Of a stretch of 64,000 nt of DNA, positions 1-10,158 are shown in pieces. Each line of letters begins with the position of its first letter. The first letter of the stretch is position 1. Both the position numbers and the translations under genes were made by a program. The notes beneath the pieces were generated by a model. It made no database searches. It saw nothing but the letters and a program-made list of their open reading frames with translations, and had not been told where the DNA came from. Source of the DNA: an uncultured Alphaproteobacteria bacterium (GTDB lineage: Bacteria > Pseudomonadota > Alphaproteobacteria > ATCC43930 > CGMCC-115725); the NCBI GenBank assembly GCA_963777435.1, contig CAVZQT010000004.1:960730-1024729 (forward strand). The letters run 5' to 3'.

Positions 1-27
1 CAAGTAAGTAATCAACTTGATATTGAA

Positions 28-1272
28 ATGGTAGAAAATACCATGAGTGCGATTTCACCGTTAGCACCCGCAGGCTTCCCGCTGTTATCGCCCATCACCG
101 GGGTCCGTCTTGCGGCACATGCGGCAGCGATCCGCTATGCCGGGCGTACCGATTTGATGCTTGCCGAGCTTGCGCCAGGCAGCACAGTCGCCGGTGTGCT
201 AACCAGGTCGCTAACCGCAGGGGCGCCGGTGATCTGGTGCCGGGAGTGCCTAGCAGGGGGCCAGGTTCGGGCTATCGTCGTGAACTCCGGCAATGCCAAT
301 GTCTTTACCGGCCGGGCCGGTAAAGAAGCAGTCGAAGCGACCGCGAATGCCGCCGCACAATTGTTGGCCTGCGCTCCGCAGCAGGTGTTTGTATCGTCGA
401 CCGGCGTGATCGGCGAGAAATTGCCGGTTGAGAAGATTGTCGAGGCTTTGCCCTACACCGCTCAGCATCTTTCCGCTGAAGCGTGGGAGCCGGCGGCGCG
501 CGCGATCATGACGACCGACACCTTTCCAAAGGGCGCCACCGCGAGCGCTGAGATCGACGGGGTTGCCGTCCGCATCAACGGGTTCGCCAAGGGCTCGGGA
601 ATGATTGCCCCGGATATGGCGACAATGCTCGGTTATATTTTTACCGATGCGACGCTACCCGCAGCCGTGTTGCAGCCCCTACTGGCGGAAGCCACCGATC
701 GCTCGTTCAATTCGATTACGGTCGATGGCGACACCTCGACCAGCGATACCGTGCTGCTGTGCGCGACGCAGAAGGCGCCGCACTCCCCGGTCGTGGATCC
801 AGGCGATCAGCGGCTTGAAAGCTTTAGACGGGGGCTTCACCAGGTCATGATCGATCTTGCCCAACAGATCGTACGCGATGGCGAAGGCGCGCAGAAATTT
901 GTCACCATCAAAGTGACCGGTGGGGAAAACCTCTCGTCGGCGCGGCGGATCGGCCTAACCATCGGCAATTCGCCGTTGGTCAAGACAGCGCTTGCTGCGG
1001 GCGATGCCAATTGGGGCCGCATCGTTATGGCGGTTGGAAAGGCCGGCGAGAACGCTGACCGCGACTTGCTGTCGATCGCCGTCGGCGGGATTGCAATCGT
1101 CACCCGTGGCGAGCCGGTTGCCGGCTACGATGAAGCGCCGGTCGCCGAGCATATGAAGGGGCGTGAAATCGAGATTGAGATCGATCTGGGGATCGGGTCT
1201 GGCAACGCGACGATCTGGACCTGCGACCTCACCCACGGTTACATCGACATCAATGGCAGCTATCGCAGCTGA
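28..1272 (+). CDS. argJ: bifunctional glutamate N-acetyltransferase / amino-acid acetyltransferase ArgJ
   Basis: 414-aa ORF. ArgJ hallmarks are present: NSGNANVFTG, KGSGMIAPDMATMLGYIFTDA (autoprocessing ATML site) and a C-terminal GYIDINGSYRS. Confidence 0.93.
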   Translation: MVENTMSAISPLAPAGFPLLSPITGVRLAAHAAAIRYAGRTDLMLAELAPGSTVAGVLTRSLTAGAPVIWCRECLAGGQVRAIVVNSGNANVFTGRAGKEAVEATANAAAQLLACAPQQVFVSSTGVIGEKLPVEKIVEALPYTAQHLSAEAWEPAARAIMTTDTFPKGATASAEIDGVAVRINGFAKGSGMIAPDMATMLGYIFTDATLPAAVLQPLLAEATDRSFNSITVDGDTSTSDTVLLCATQKAPHSPVVDPGDQRLESFRRGLHQVMIDLAQQIVRDGEGAQKFVTIKVTGGENLSSARRIGLTIGNSPLVKTALAAGDANWGRIVMAVGKAGENADRDLLSIAVGGIAIVTRGEPVAGYDEAPVAEHMKGREIEIEIDLGIGSGNATIWTCDLTHGYIDINGSYRS

Positions 1273-1678
1273 TCGAGCGCGGCCGCTGATCCTGGTCGCG
1301 GCCGTGGTGCTCGTTGACACCGATGGGCGGGTGCTGCTGGCGCAGCGCCCCGACGGCAAGGCAATGGCAGGATTGTGGGAGTTTCCGGGCGGTAAGGTCG
1401 ATCCGGGCGAGACGCCGGAAGCGGCTTTGATTCGCGAATTGGCCGAGGAGCTCGGGATCGACGTGGCAGCGAGCTGCCTGGCGCCATTCACCTTCGCCTC
1501 CCACGCCTATCCAGAGTTTCACTTGCTGATGCCGCTCTACGTCTGCCGAAGATGGTCGGGAATTCCGATTGCGCGGGAGGGGCAGCAGCTGAGATGGGTG
1601 CGGCCGGCTAAGCTTGCCGATTATCCGATGCCGCCCGCCGACAAGCCGCTTGTCGCGATGCTGCGCGACCTCTTGTAG
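1253..1678 (+). CDS. mutT: NUDIX hydrolase, MutT/8-oxo-dGTP diphosphatase-like
   Basis: NUDIX box GGKVDPGETPEAALIRELAEELGI. The track ORF starts at 1163 but its first 30 aa overlap argJ and look non-protein-like, so I chose the internal ATG at 1253 (MAAIAADRARPLILVAAVVL). Confidence 0.85.
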   Translation: MAAIAADRARPLILVAAVVLVDTDGRVLLAQRPDGKAMAGLWEFPGGKVDPGETPEAALIRELAEELGIDVAASCLAPFTFASHAYPEFHLLMPLYVCRRWSGIPIAREGQQLRWVRPAKLADYPMPPADKPLVAMLRDLL

Positions 1679-1794
1679 AGCGGATTAGCCTTACCGGGTT
1701 TCGGCCCGTATGCTCAAACCTATGTGCGAAGGGCGCCAGCTGAGCGGGCGAGGCCGTTTGACAGTTGAGCGGCCCAGCGGAGGGGCTCGCGGGT

Positions 1795-3165
1795 TCAGGC
1801 CGTGGCGAGACGGGTGACAGTACCGATATCGGCGAGACCGTCGAGGCCGGCGATCGTCTCGCGCAATTCGCGGGCGCGCGCTGTGCCGAGTACCGGCACA
1901 ACGAGACTGTCGAACTTCTCCGCCAGGCGCCGGCCTTGTTGAACGAGATCGTCAGCCGGGATGCCCGAATCGTAGCGGGCGCTGACCCGCTTGCCATCAG
2001 GCAATTCGACCTCCAGCTCGGCGACGGTTTGCGGCCAGTTGTTCTGGAAGTCGATCACCATTCGCTCGCGGAGCGCCGTCAGCGCCGGGTCATGGGCCGT
2101 GGCTTCGCCATAGGCGCCGAGGCTCGCGGTATCGACCCCGGCCAAGGCCATCGCCACGGTTTGGCGCAGACTGAACTTGCTCTGCAAGCCATCGACCGGA
2201 ACCCGGATGTTGCACACCCGGTCGGTGCTGGAATCGATCCGCAAGGTCAGCCCGACGATGTTGGCTAGGGAAAGCGCGTGCTCGCGGCGCAACGCGCGGG
2301 CGCACTCGATCGGCGCATGCGTGAAATAGCAGGCGGCATGGTACTTGAAGAGATTGGCCAGAATGTACAAGCCGTTTGCCGGCTCCTCCAGCGTGGCCGC
2401 CGGTGAAAAATCGGGGCCGTGGGTCGCGGCAAAACCCTGCACGCATTCGATCAGATCGGTGCGGCTAGAAAATCCGCGCCCCGCGAGCCGGGCTGCCAAC
2501 AATCCGTTCTGCGCCGCCTTGCCAGCATGGAACGGCTTGCACATCGTCCCGAACTGGGATTTGAGGCCGGCCGCCTGGGTGCCGGCGATGCCGAGTGCGG
2601 TTGCGGTCTTCTCGGCGTCGAGACCGAGGAGCCGGGCGCAGGCCGCAGCGGCGCCAAAACTGCCAATCGTCGCGGTCGAGTGAAAACCAATATCGTAGTG
2701 GCCAGGGCTGAGGGCGGCGCCGATCCGGCATTCGGTCTCATAGCCGGCGACAAACGCGGTCAGGACGTCGCGGCCGGAACTCGTATTCGCCTCGGCGAGC
2801 GCCAGTAACGCCGGCAGGATCGCCACTGAAGGATGTCCGGGCATCGCCACATTGACGTCATCAAAGTCCAGTGCATGGCCCGCGGCGCCATTGACCAGCG
2901 CCGCCGACAGCGCGGGCAACCGCAACGCGCGGGCAACGACGCTCGCCTGCCCCGCCCCGCCCGCTTCCGCCATTTCGTTGAGCAAAATGTTAACCACCCG
3001 GTCGCCGGCGCCGGCGATCGCCACCCCGAGATAATCGAGCACGCACTGCCGCGCCACCTCGCGCACCGCCGCGGGCAGCGCCTCGTATTCGGCCGAACTC
3101 GCCCGCGCAGCCAGCTTTTGGGTGAAATCCGCTCCCTGCGTGCGGCCGGCCAAGTCACCATCCAT
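1795..3165 (-). CDS. MmgE/PrpD family protein (2-methylcitrate dehydratase-like)
   Basis: 456-aa ORF with PrpD-family length and motifs (VLDYLGVAIAGA, ALVNGAAGHALDFDD, GFHSTATIGSFGAAAA). Confidence 0.8.
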   Translation of the reverse strand: MDGDLAGRTQGADFTQKLAARASSAEYEALPAAVREVARQCVLDYLGVAIAGAGDRVVNILLNEMAEAGGAGQASVVARALRLPALSAALVNGAAGHALDFDDVNVAMPGHPSVAILPALLALAEANTSSGRDVLTAFVAGYETECRIGAALSPGHYDIGFHSTATIGSFGAAAACARLLGLDAEKTATALGIAGTQAAGLKSQFGTMCKPFHAGKAAQNGLLAARLAGRGFSSRTDLIECVQGFAATHGPDFSPAATLEEPANGLYILANLFKYHAACYFTHAPIECARALRREHALSLANIVGLTLRIDSSTDRVCNIRVPVDGLQSKFSLRQTVAMALAGVDTASLGAYGEATAHDPALTALRERMVIDFQNNWPQTVAELEVELPDGKRVSARYDSGIPADDLVQQGRRLAEKFDSLVVPVLGTARARELRETIAGLDGLADIGTVTRLATA

Positions 3166-3280
3166 CTTCTTCTCCCGCCGTGTCGCCGTGCGGCAATGCG
3201 CCCGACTGCATCGTCCTGCAGCCGAAGGTTAGTTGGTGGCTGCGTCGACCGCAATCCTGGGCGTGTCAGCGGTGGGGTAA

Positions 3281-4075
3281 TCATCGCCCCTTGAACTGGG
3301 GCTTGCGCTTTTCGTTGAACGAGGCGATGCCTTCGCGGCGGTCTTCGGTCGGGACCATGCGATTATAGGCCTCGATTTCGAGCATCATGCCGCTGGCGAG
3401 ATCCATCTGCAGCCCGTAATGGATCGCGTGCTTTGCTTGACGCACCGAGATCGGGGCGTTGTCGGCGATCCGGCGGGCGGTTTCGAGCGCATCTTCGACA
3501 ATTTTTCCAGGCGCGCATAGCCGGTTGATCATCCCCCAATCATAAGCGTCGTGAGCGGTGAATGGCCGGCCGGTCAGGATAATCTCCTTGGCGCGGCGCT
3601 CGCCGACGGCGCGCGGCAGGTTCTGAGTGCCGCCGGCGCCGGGCATAATGCCCAAGGTGACCTCGGTCAGCGCAAAACGTGCACCTTCGGCCGCATAGAT
3701 AAAGTCACAGCACAAGGCCAATTCACAGCCGCCCGCATAGGCGGCACCATTGACCGCACCGATAACCGGCACCGGGCAGGCGACAAACGCACGGATCATG
3801 CGCTCGAACAGCAAATGCTGATCCTGCCATTGCTCGTCGGTCATGCCGTTGCGTTCTTTAAGGTCACCGCCCGCGCAAAATGCCCGTTCCCCGGACCCGG
3901 TTACGACGATGGATCGGGCTTGCGTCGGCGCGGCGTTGATGTCCTCAAAAAACACTAAGAGATCACGCCCCATTTGGGTGTTTAGTGCATTCGCCACCTG
4001 CGGGCGGTTCAAAGTCAACAAAACGAGCCCCCCACCGCGGTCTTCGGCCCGGATCGTCTCGTATTCCTGGTTCAT
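3281..4075 (-). CDS. enoyl-CoA hydratase/isomerase (crotonase) family protein
   Basis: Crotonase motifs AFCAGGDLKE and AAYAGGCELALCCD. Start moved to the internal ATG (MNQEYETIRAEDRGGG). Confidence 0.88.
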   Translation of the reverse strand: MNQEYETIRAEDRGGGLVLLTLNRPQVANALNTQMGRDLLVFFEDINAAPTQARSIVVTGSGERAFCAGGDLKERNGMTDEQWQDQHLLFERMIRAFVACPVPVIGAVNGAAYAGGCELALCCDFIYAAEGARFALTEVTLGIMPGAGGTQNLPRAVGERRAKEIILTGRPFTAHDAYDWGMINRLCAPGKIVEDALETARRIADNAPISVRQAKHAIHYGLQMDLASGMMLEIEAYNRMVPTEDRREGIASFNEKRKPQFKGR

Positions 4076-4339
4076 GGCCCGTCCGTTATCAGGATGTCGC
4101 AAACTTGTTAACAGGACGCGACGATCGCCTGCAACTCGTCTCTGTCAGTTTACAGCAGAGGAGGGTCTGACGATAGCGGGAGCGCTATCCACGGAGACTT
4201 CGGCAGAGCTCGAAGGTGATAGCGAGTAAGCCGCCGCAGGGGGTAAGGGTAGGATTAGCCGCGTCGGGCTAACTTGGCCGGCTGGGCGCCAGCCCCATAT
4301 GTCTTAAACATTTTGAGGTCCGGGAGAGGGGAGAGGGCG

Positions 4340-6151
4340 ATGCCGGCGGAGGCAGCAGTGGAGACGGCGGGGGACGATAGGAAGACGGCTCTAGGGGTGT
4401 TGCCGGAATGGGATCTCGGCGATTTGTACCCCGGACGTGACGGCCCGGAGTTAAGCCGCGATCTGGCCCGCCTCGCCAAAGGAGCCGAAGCGTTTCACCG
4501 CGAATATGAGGGAAAAATTGCCGAGCTGTCGGGTGCGGCCTTGGGGACTGCGGTCAAAGCATATGAGCAGCTGCAGGAGTTGAGCGGCCGCATCATCAGC
4601 TATGCCTCGCTGGTGCATGCGGGCAATCTTGCGGACCCCGAGATCGGCCGCTTCTACCAGACGGTGCAGGAGCGCATAAACGGGATCTCGACGACGCTGC
4701 TGTTCTTTACCCTCGAAATCAATCAGCTCGATGACGACCAACTCGCGGCTAAAGCGGCGGCCCCGGAACTCGCTCGCTATCTTCCGTGGTTGCGCGACAC
4801 GCGCGCCTTTCGGCCGCACCAGCTATCCGACGATTTGGAAAAGTTGCTGCACGAAAAGTTTGTCAGCGGCCGGGCAGCGTGGACCCGGTTGTTCGACGAG
4901 ACCACCGCCGATCTGCGCTTTGCATTCCGCGGCCGTGAGTTGACCGAAGCCGAAGCGTTGGACTTGTTGTCTGGTCCCGATCCCGAGGTTCGGCGCGAAG
5001 GTGCCAACGTGATTGGCGAGGTACTAGGCAAGAATGCACGTACTTTCGCCCTGATCACTAATACGCTGGCCAAGGATAAGGAAATCGAGGACCGGTGGCG
5101 CCACTTTGCGCGGCCAATCTCGTCGCGAAATCTATCGAATTTCGTCGAGGACGAAGTTGTCGACGCGTTAATCTCGGCCGTCCGCGCCAGCTACCCGCGT
5201 CTGTCGCACCGTTATTATCAGCTTAAGGCGCTCTGGTTCGGGGTCGACGCGCTGCCGTTTTGGGATCGCAACGCGCCATTGCCGGAGGATGACGACCGAC
5301 TGATCCCCTGGTCCGAGGCGCAAGACACCGTGCTGTCGGCTTATCGCGCTTTTTCGCCCGAGCTGGCTGCGGTCGGTGGAAGGTTTTTCGCGGCGCCGTG
5401 GATCGACGCGCCAGTGCGGCCGGGTAAAGCATCAGGCGCCTTCGCGCATCCAACAGTTCCAGCAGCCCACCCCTACCTGCTGCTCAACTATCAGGGCCGG
5501 GTGCGCGATGTTATGACTTTGGCGCACGAGCTGGGCCACGGGGTCCACCAGGTTCTCGCCGGGCGACAAGGCTATCTAATGGCCGACACGCCGCTGACCT
5601 TGGCCGAAACCGCCTCCGTTTTTGGTGAGATGCTAACCTTTCGCGCTTTGCTCGCGCGCGAGTCCGACCCGCGCCGACGCAAGATCATGCTCGCGGGCAA
5701 GGTCGAGGATATGTTGAACACCGTCGTTCGCCAGATCGCTTTCGTCACTTTCGAGATCAGGCTGCATGACGAGCGCCGGAAGGCCGAGCTCACCCCTGAC
5801 CAGATTTCCCAGATCTGGCTTGACGTCCAGCGTGAAAGCCTCGGACCCGCGATTCGCCTTGACGGAGTCTATCGCTATTACTGGTCATACATTCCACATT
5901 TTATTTATACGCCATTTTATGTTTACGCTTATGCTTTTGGCGACTGCTTAGTGAATTCGCTTTACGCGGTTTACCAGGAGGCGCATCTAGGTTTTGCCGA
6001 ACGTTATCTCGACATGCTCCGCGCGGGAGGTACGTTACGGCACCGCGAGTTGCTGGCGCCGTTCGGCCTCGATGCGTCGGACCCGTCTTTTTGGTCGAGG
6101 GGACTATCAGTCGTCTCGGGTTTTATCGACGAACTTGAGGCGATTAGCTGA
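4340..6151 (+). CDS. pepF: oligoendopeptidase F family (M3B) metallopeptidase
   Basis: HELGHGVH zinc motif and PepF-like length. ATG at 4340 is preceded by GGAGAGGG; the track ORF begins at 4274. Confidence 0.88.
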   Translation: MPAEAAVETAGDDRKTALGVLPEWDLGDLYPGRDGPELSRDLARLAKGAEAFHREYEGKIAELSGAALGTAVKAYEQLQELSGRIISYASLVHAGNLADPEIGRFYQTVQERINGISTTLLFFTLEINQLDDDQLAAKAAAPELARYLPWLRDTRAFRPHQLSDDLEKLLHEKFVSGRAAWTRLFDETTADLRFAFRGRELTEAEALDLLSGPDPEVRREGANVIGEVLGKNARTFALITNTLAKDKEIEDRWRHFARPISSRNLSNFVEDEVVDALISAVRASYPRLSHRYYQLKALWFGVDALPFWDRNAPLPEDDDRLIPWSEAQDTVLSAYRAFSPELAAVGGRFFAAPWIDAPVRPGKASGAFAHPTVPAAHPYLLLNYQGRVRDVMTLAHELGHGVHQVLAGRQGYLMADTPLTLAETASVFGEMLTFRALLARESDPRRRKIMLAGKVEDMLNTVVRQIAFVTFEIRLHDERRKAELTPDQISQIWLDVQRESLGPAIRLDGVYRYYWSYIPHFIYTPFYVYAYAFGDCLVNSLYAVYQEAHLGFAERYLDMLRAGGTLRHRELLAPFGLDASDPSFWSRGLSVVSGFIDELEAIS

Positions 6152-6262
6152 AAAGAAGCCGGCGCAGAGTCGTTGCGAGTCTGCCAACCCTACATGCGCC
6201 CGTTATCCGGGTGCTCGGGTGGCCAGATCTTTCGCTGGGCAATTAATCCAAGGTTTTCTTGC

Positions 6263-8002
6263 GTGAATGACGACGATTCTTTTACCAGACGAGTGCGCCG
6301 CTATGCGCAAGTTTCAGGTGCGATGGGGGGGCTTGCCGCGCGGCTCGCGGGCGAGCGCTATCTCGGGATTTCAGTTGACCGTGGTCGGCACGCCGCTGAT
6401 TTGAAGGCGGCACTAGGCGGGATCAAAGGGCCGCTGATGAAAGTGGCGCAGCTATTGGCCACCATCCCGGATGCGCTCCCTAAGGAATACGTCGAAGAAC
6501 TCGTGCAGCTGCAGGCAAACGCGCCGGCAATGGGCTGGCCGTTTGTCCGGCGTCGAATGGAGGGAGAGCTCGGGCGCGATTGGCAGACGCGGTTTCGGAG
6601 TTTTGACAGAGCGGCCGCACGCGCGGCTTCATTGGGCCAAGTGCATCGAGCGACGGCGCTCGACGGCACTGAGCTTGCCTGCAAGCTGCAATATCCCGAC
6701 ATGGCGGCAGCGGTCGAAGCCGACCTGCGACAACTGAAACTCGCGATGGGTCTTTATGAACGTTACGACCCCGCCGTCACGACGGCTGAGATCCACGCGG
6801 AAATTGCTGAACGCCTGCGCGAAGAGCTCGATTATCAGCGCGAAGCTGCCAACATGCGGCTCTACGGCGCGATCCTGAGCGGTGAATCCGGTGTTGCCGT
6901 ACCTCGCCCGTTTGCTGATCTGTCGACCCGGCGCCTATTGACAATGACCTGGCTCGAGGGCGCGCCGTTTCTGGAAGCCGCAAAGGCGCCAATCGAGCGG
7001 CGCAACGAGATCGCGCTGCGTATGTTCCGGATTTGGTACGTGCCATTTTATCACTACGGTGTGATTCACGGGGACCCGCATCTCGGAAATTACACGGTGG
7101 CGGAAGAGGGAACCGTAAATCTCCTCGATTTCGGATGTATTCGGATTTTTCCTGCCTCGTTCGTGCGCGGGGTGATAGACCTGTACCACGCCTTGGAGCG
7201 TGGGGATCAGGACCTAGCCGCCGACGCCTATAACCGGTGGGGCTTTGGCGATTTGTCGCGGGAGATGATTGAGGTGCTAAACCGGTGGGCCCTCTATGTT
7301 TACGGCCCGTTGCTCGACAACCGAGCTCGAATGATCCAGGAGCGGGCGAACGGGGCAGATGGCGCGGCCGTCGTCGAAAGCGTGCATCGCGATATCCGCC
7401 GTCTAGGCGGAGTACGGCCGCCGCGCGAATTCGTTTTCATGGACCGCGCCGCTGTCGGGCTCGGCTCGGTGTTTTTGCACCTCAAAGCCGAAATCAATTG
7501 GTACCAACTTTTCCACGAACTGATCGAGGATTTCGAGGAAGCAGCGCTCGCCGCCCGGCAGCGCGCCGCACTCGAAGCTGCTGGTATTTCGCAAATCGCC
7601 GAGCATGACAGCTTGCCATTGCACATGGATCAAAGCGTAACTTACGACTTATTTGTCCAGGCGATGCGGGGTCGAAAACAAGTTCTTTGCAAATACGAAG
7701 GTTTTCGCCGGGAGCTTTGTCCTATCCTCCTCGGCCACTCGCGAGGGCAAGAAAAGGCGTTGACCTACCAATTTGCCGGCGAAAGCAGCTCGGGTTTGCC
7801 GCTGGGAGGGCAATGGCGCTGCCTTTGGCTAGCGAAAGTCAGCGACGTTCAGCTCAGAGAAGGGCCCTGGCATGCCGGGAACAGCCACACTCGGCCACAG
7901 GATTGCGTCGAGGAGGTCGACCTCGACGTAAATCCCAATAGTCCTTACGAGCCAAAGCGCCGTCTTGGGCCGTCTCACCCGAGTTCCAGGCGCCGACGCT
8001 AA
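6263..8002 (+). CDS. ABC1/UbiB-family atypical kinase, reading without a stop into a ~125-aa WYL-like module
   Basis: ABC1 motifs GPLMKVAQLLATIPD, ASLGQVHRA and HGDPHLGNY. Probable GTG start at 6263 (VNDDDSFTRRVRRY). The kinase homology seems to end near 7620, but the ORF continues in frame to 8002. Confidence 0.75.
   Translation: MNDDDSFTRRVRRYAQVSGAMGGLAARLAGERYLGISVDRGRHAADLKAALGGIKGPLMKVAQLLATIPDALPKEYVEELVQLQANAPAMGWPFVRRRMEGELGRDWQTRFRSFDRAAARAASLGQVHRATALDGTELACKLQYPDMAAAVEADLRQLKLAMGLYERYDPAVTTAEIHAEIAERLREELDYQREAANMRLYGAILSGESGVAVPRPFADLSTRRLLTMTWLEGAPFLEAAKAPIERRNEIALRMFRIWYVPFYHYGVIHGDPHLGNYTVAEEGTVNLLDFGCIRIFPASFVRGVIDLYHALERGDQDLAADAYNRWGFGDLSREMIEVLNRWALYVYGPLLDNRARMIQERANGADGAAVVESVHRDIRRLGGVRPPREFVFMDRAAVGLGSVFLHLKAEINWYQLFHELIEDFEEAALAARQRAALEAAGISQIAEHDSLPLHMDQSVTYDLFVQAMRGRKQVLCKYEGFRRELCPILLGHSRGQEKALTYQFAGESSSGLPLGGQWRCLWLAKVSDVQLREGPWHAGNSHTRPQDCVEEVDLDVNPNSPYEPKRRLGPSHPSSRRRR
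7625..8002 (+). CDS. WYL-like small-protein module, either a separate nested gene or the C-terminal domain of the kinase ORF
   Basis: In-frame ATG at 7625. MDQSVTYDLFVQAMRGRKQVLCKYEGFRRELCPILLGH...YQFAGESSSGLPLGGQWRCLWLAKVSDVQLREGPWHAG resembles stand-alone ~100-aa WYL-type proteins. No obvious SD. Confidence 0.3.
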   Translation: MDQSVTYDLFVQAMRGRKQVLCKYEGFRRELCPILLGHSRGQEKALTYQFAGESSSGLPLGGQWRCLWLAKVSDVQLREGPWHAGNSHTRPQDCVEEVDLDVNPNSPYEPKRRLGPSHPSSRRRR

Positions 8003-8007
8003 CGCTA

Positions 8008-8028
8008 AGGGTCGTGTCGATCGACCCT
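8008..8028. terminator. hairpin between convergent genes (candidate bidirectional terminator)
   Basis: AGGGTCG-tgtcgat-CGACCCT: perfect 7-bp stem with a 7-nt loop between the kinase ORF end (8002) and the aminotransferase end (8057). No U-tract. Confidence 0.25.
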
Positions 8029-8056
8029 AGAGATCCGCATATCGAAATCGACAGAG

Positions 8057-9283
8057 CTAGCCTGCCGCAAGGCCCGGCCGGTCGTAGCGAAGGGCAGGCT
8101 GCTCGTTGCGGCCCGAGAGGAACACCTTAATGTTGCGTGCTGCTTGCCGCAGCCGCTGACGATTTTCGACTAGTGCAATGCGCACAAAGCCTTCGCCGTA
8201 CTCGCCGAACCCGATCCCCGGGGATACTGCAACATTAGCGCGCTCGAGAAGTAGCTTTGAAAAAGCGAGGCTGCCGATCGCCCGAAACTGAGGCGGGATC
8301 GGCGCCCAAGCGAACATCGTCGCCTCCGGCGGCGATATCTCCCAGCCGGCTTGGTGCAACCCGTCGACGATGATATCGCGCCGCGCCTGATAGCGCGCCC
8401 GGGTTTCTGCGATGCATTCCTGGGGACCGTTCAGCGCCGCCGTCGCTGCAACTTGAATGGGGGTGAAGGCGCCGTAATCGAGATAGGATTTGACGCGCGA
8501 TAGCGCCGCAATGAGGCGCTGGTTGCCGACCGCAAAACCGATGCGCCATCCGGCCATCGAATAAGTTTTGCTGAGCGAGGTGAATTCCACCGCGATATCG
8601 CGGGCGCCTGGAATTTCGAGAATTGAGGGCGGTGGCTTGCCGTCGAAGTAGATTTCGGCGTAGGCGAGATCAGAGAGCACGACAATGTCGTGCCTCCGAC
8701 AAAACTCTATAATTTCGCCGTAGAAGTCGAGGTCGACGGTCTGCGCAGTCGGGTTGGCGGGGAAATTCAAGACAATCGCAAGCGGCGCCGGTATGCTGTG
8801 CCGCACCGCTTTTTTCAGCTCGGCGAGAAAGTCGAACTCCGGACCGATCGGGACATGCCGAACTGAAGCTCCGGCCATGATGAAGCCGAAGGCATGGATC
8901 GGATAGCATGGATTTGGTACGAGGACGATGTCCCCGGGTCCGGTGATTGCCTGAGCGAGGTTGGCAAGGCCTTCTTTCGATCCCAGCGTTACAATAATCT
9001 CGCGTTCGGGATCGAGTTCGACCCCAAAACGACGGGAATAATATCCCGCGCAGGCGCGGCGCAGCCCGGGGATCCCCCGCGACACCGAATAACCATGCGT
9101 CTTGGGATTCTGTACCGCCTCAATAAGCTTGGCAACAATATGCCCGGGGGTTGGCCCATCCGGATTACCCATACCAAGGTCGATGACGTCGCGACCGGCA
9201 GCGCGCGCCTCGGCTTTGAGCGTATTGACCTCGCTGAAAACATACGGCGGAAGACGTTTGATACGGTAAAAATCCTCAGGCAT
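8057..9283 (-). CDS. class I/II pyridoxal-phosphate aminotransferase (AlaC/aspartate aminotransferase-like)
   Basis: 408-aa ORF with the PLP-lysine motif SLSKTYSMAGWRIGF and N-terminal KRLPPYVFSEVN. Confidence 0.88.
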   Translation of the reverse strand: MPEDFYRIKRLPPYVFSEVNTLKAEARAAGRDVIDLGMGNPDGPTPGHIVAKLIEAVQNPKTHGYSVSRGIPGLRRACAGYYSRRFGVELDPEREIIVTLGSKEGLANLAQAITGPGDIVLVPNPCYPIHAFGFIMAGASVRHVPIGPEFDFLAELKKAVRHSIPAPLAIVLNFPANPTAQTVDLDFYGEIIEFCRRHDIVVLSDLAYAEIYFDGKPPPSILEIPGARDIAVEFTSLSKTYSMAGWRIGFAVGNQRLIAALSRVKSYLDYGAFTPIQVAATAALNGPQECIAETRARYQARRDIIVDGLHQAGWEISPPEATMFAWAPIPPQFRAIGSLAFSKLLLERANVAVSPGIGFGEYGEGFVRIALVENRQRLRQAARNIKVFLSGRNEQPALRYDRPGLAAG

Positions 9284-9634
9284 GGCGGCTCGCGTCTATG
9301 GAGCAGTCTTTTTAGCCCGACTTGATGGATTTGGCGAGGGTGAAGGGCGCCAGATCCAAAGATGTTGGCGATAATTGAAGAGCCCTCCGTTTAGAAGCAC
9401 TCTGGCGGCTTGATGGCTTCCCCCCAAAGCGTTGAGGGACAAGAAGCCCGTGGCCTAAGATCGCGATGGAAGCAGAGACCGTGGGCGGCGCATGATCCGT
9501 GCCCTTCGCAAACTCCAACGCGACTGGTGCCATCGCCCCTGCCCACTCCTATGGATTATCACGATTATCGCGCTAACTTACCAGTGTCTGTCTAGCAAGC
9601 ATCCTCAGATCAGCGCGTCGGTAGAATCCAGCCA

Positions 9635-9868
9635 TTAATTACCGATAGCGAGACAAGCGCGTAAATCGTCGCGCTCGTCTTCGTAATCGTCCATTGCTTG
9701 ATGTAAGACATTATTAGGTGGAAGGGCTCGAAGAGCCATCGTAATCTTTTTAATTGTCGCGTCATCATAGGCGACCGGTTTGGGGCATTTGCACGCAATG
9801 GAAGACATGCCAGTGCACCCCGCGGCAAATAAGGCCATGATCAGCACAACAAATCTCACCCGACCCAT
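9635..9868 (-). CDS. small lipoprotein, possible o-spanin (Rz1-like)
   Basis: MGRVRFVVLIMALFAAGC has a lipobox (FAAGC), preceded by GGGGGA. 77 aa with four further Cys and a C-terminal DDYEDERDDLRAC. The track ORF starts at 9964. Confidence 0.45.
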   Translation of the reverse strand: MGRVRFVVLIMALFAAGCTGMSSIACKCPKPVAYDDATIKKITMALRALPPNNVLHQAMDDYEDERDDLRACLAIGN

Positions 9869-10158
9869 TTTGTCCCCCTGTCCCCTAGGCCAGCATGGCG
9901 ACGCAGCCGCTCGAAGGCAAGCGTCCAAAATGTTTGCCCAGATATTCTTCTTGGACAACGACAATGCAATGAGGAGGGGTGCTAACCATACTCCGAATTA
10001 TCGGCGGAAACAGTGTGTGGCTATGGAAGTACGGCGGCAATTGCCCCAGACGATCTGATTACGGCTATTGGTTCAGCCAACGCAGTCCGAACACTTTGTA
10101 ACCTCTATAAAACAAATACATCACGATTTTAAAAGGGTTCTTTGATATGACTTTTAGT

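Noticed and set aside
1163-1252. The N-terminal 30 aa of the track ORF for the NUDIX gene, and similar long N-terminal extensions at 4274, 6173, 9964, 29483, 30842, 31123, 33113, 51637, 57582 and 60269.
   Set aside because: The extensions overlap upstream genes or are compositionally non-protein-like. Internal starts give family-typical N-termini, often with an SD or an ATGA/TGATG overlap.
9284-9640. attL/attR direct repeats delimiting the prophage.
   Set aside because: No shared core sequence between the left junction and 43682-43710 (or 41790-41975) was visible by eye. This needs a computational repeat search, so the boundaries are left approximate.
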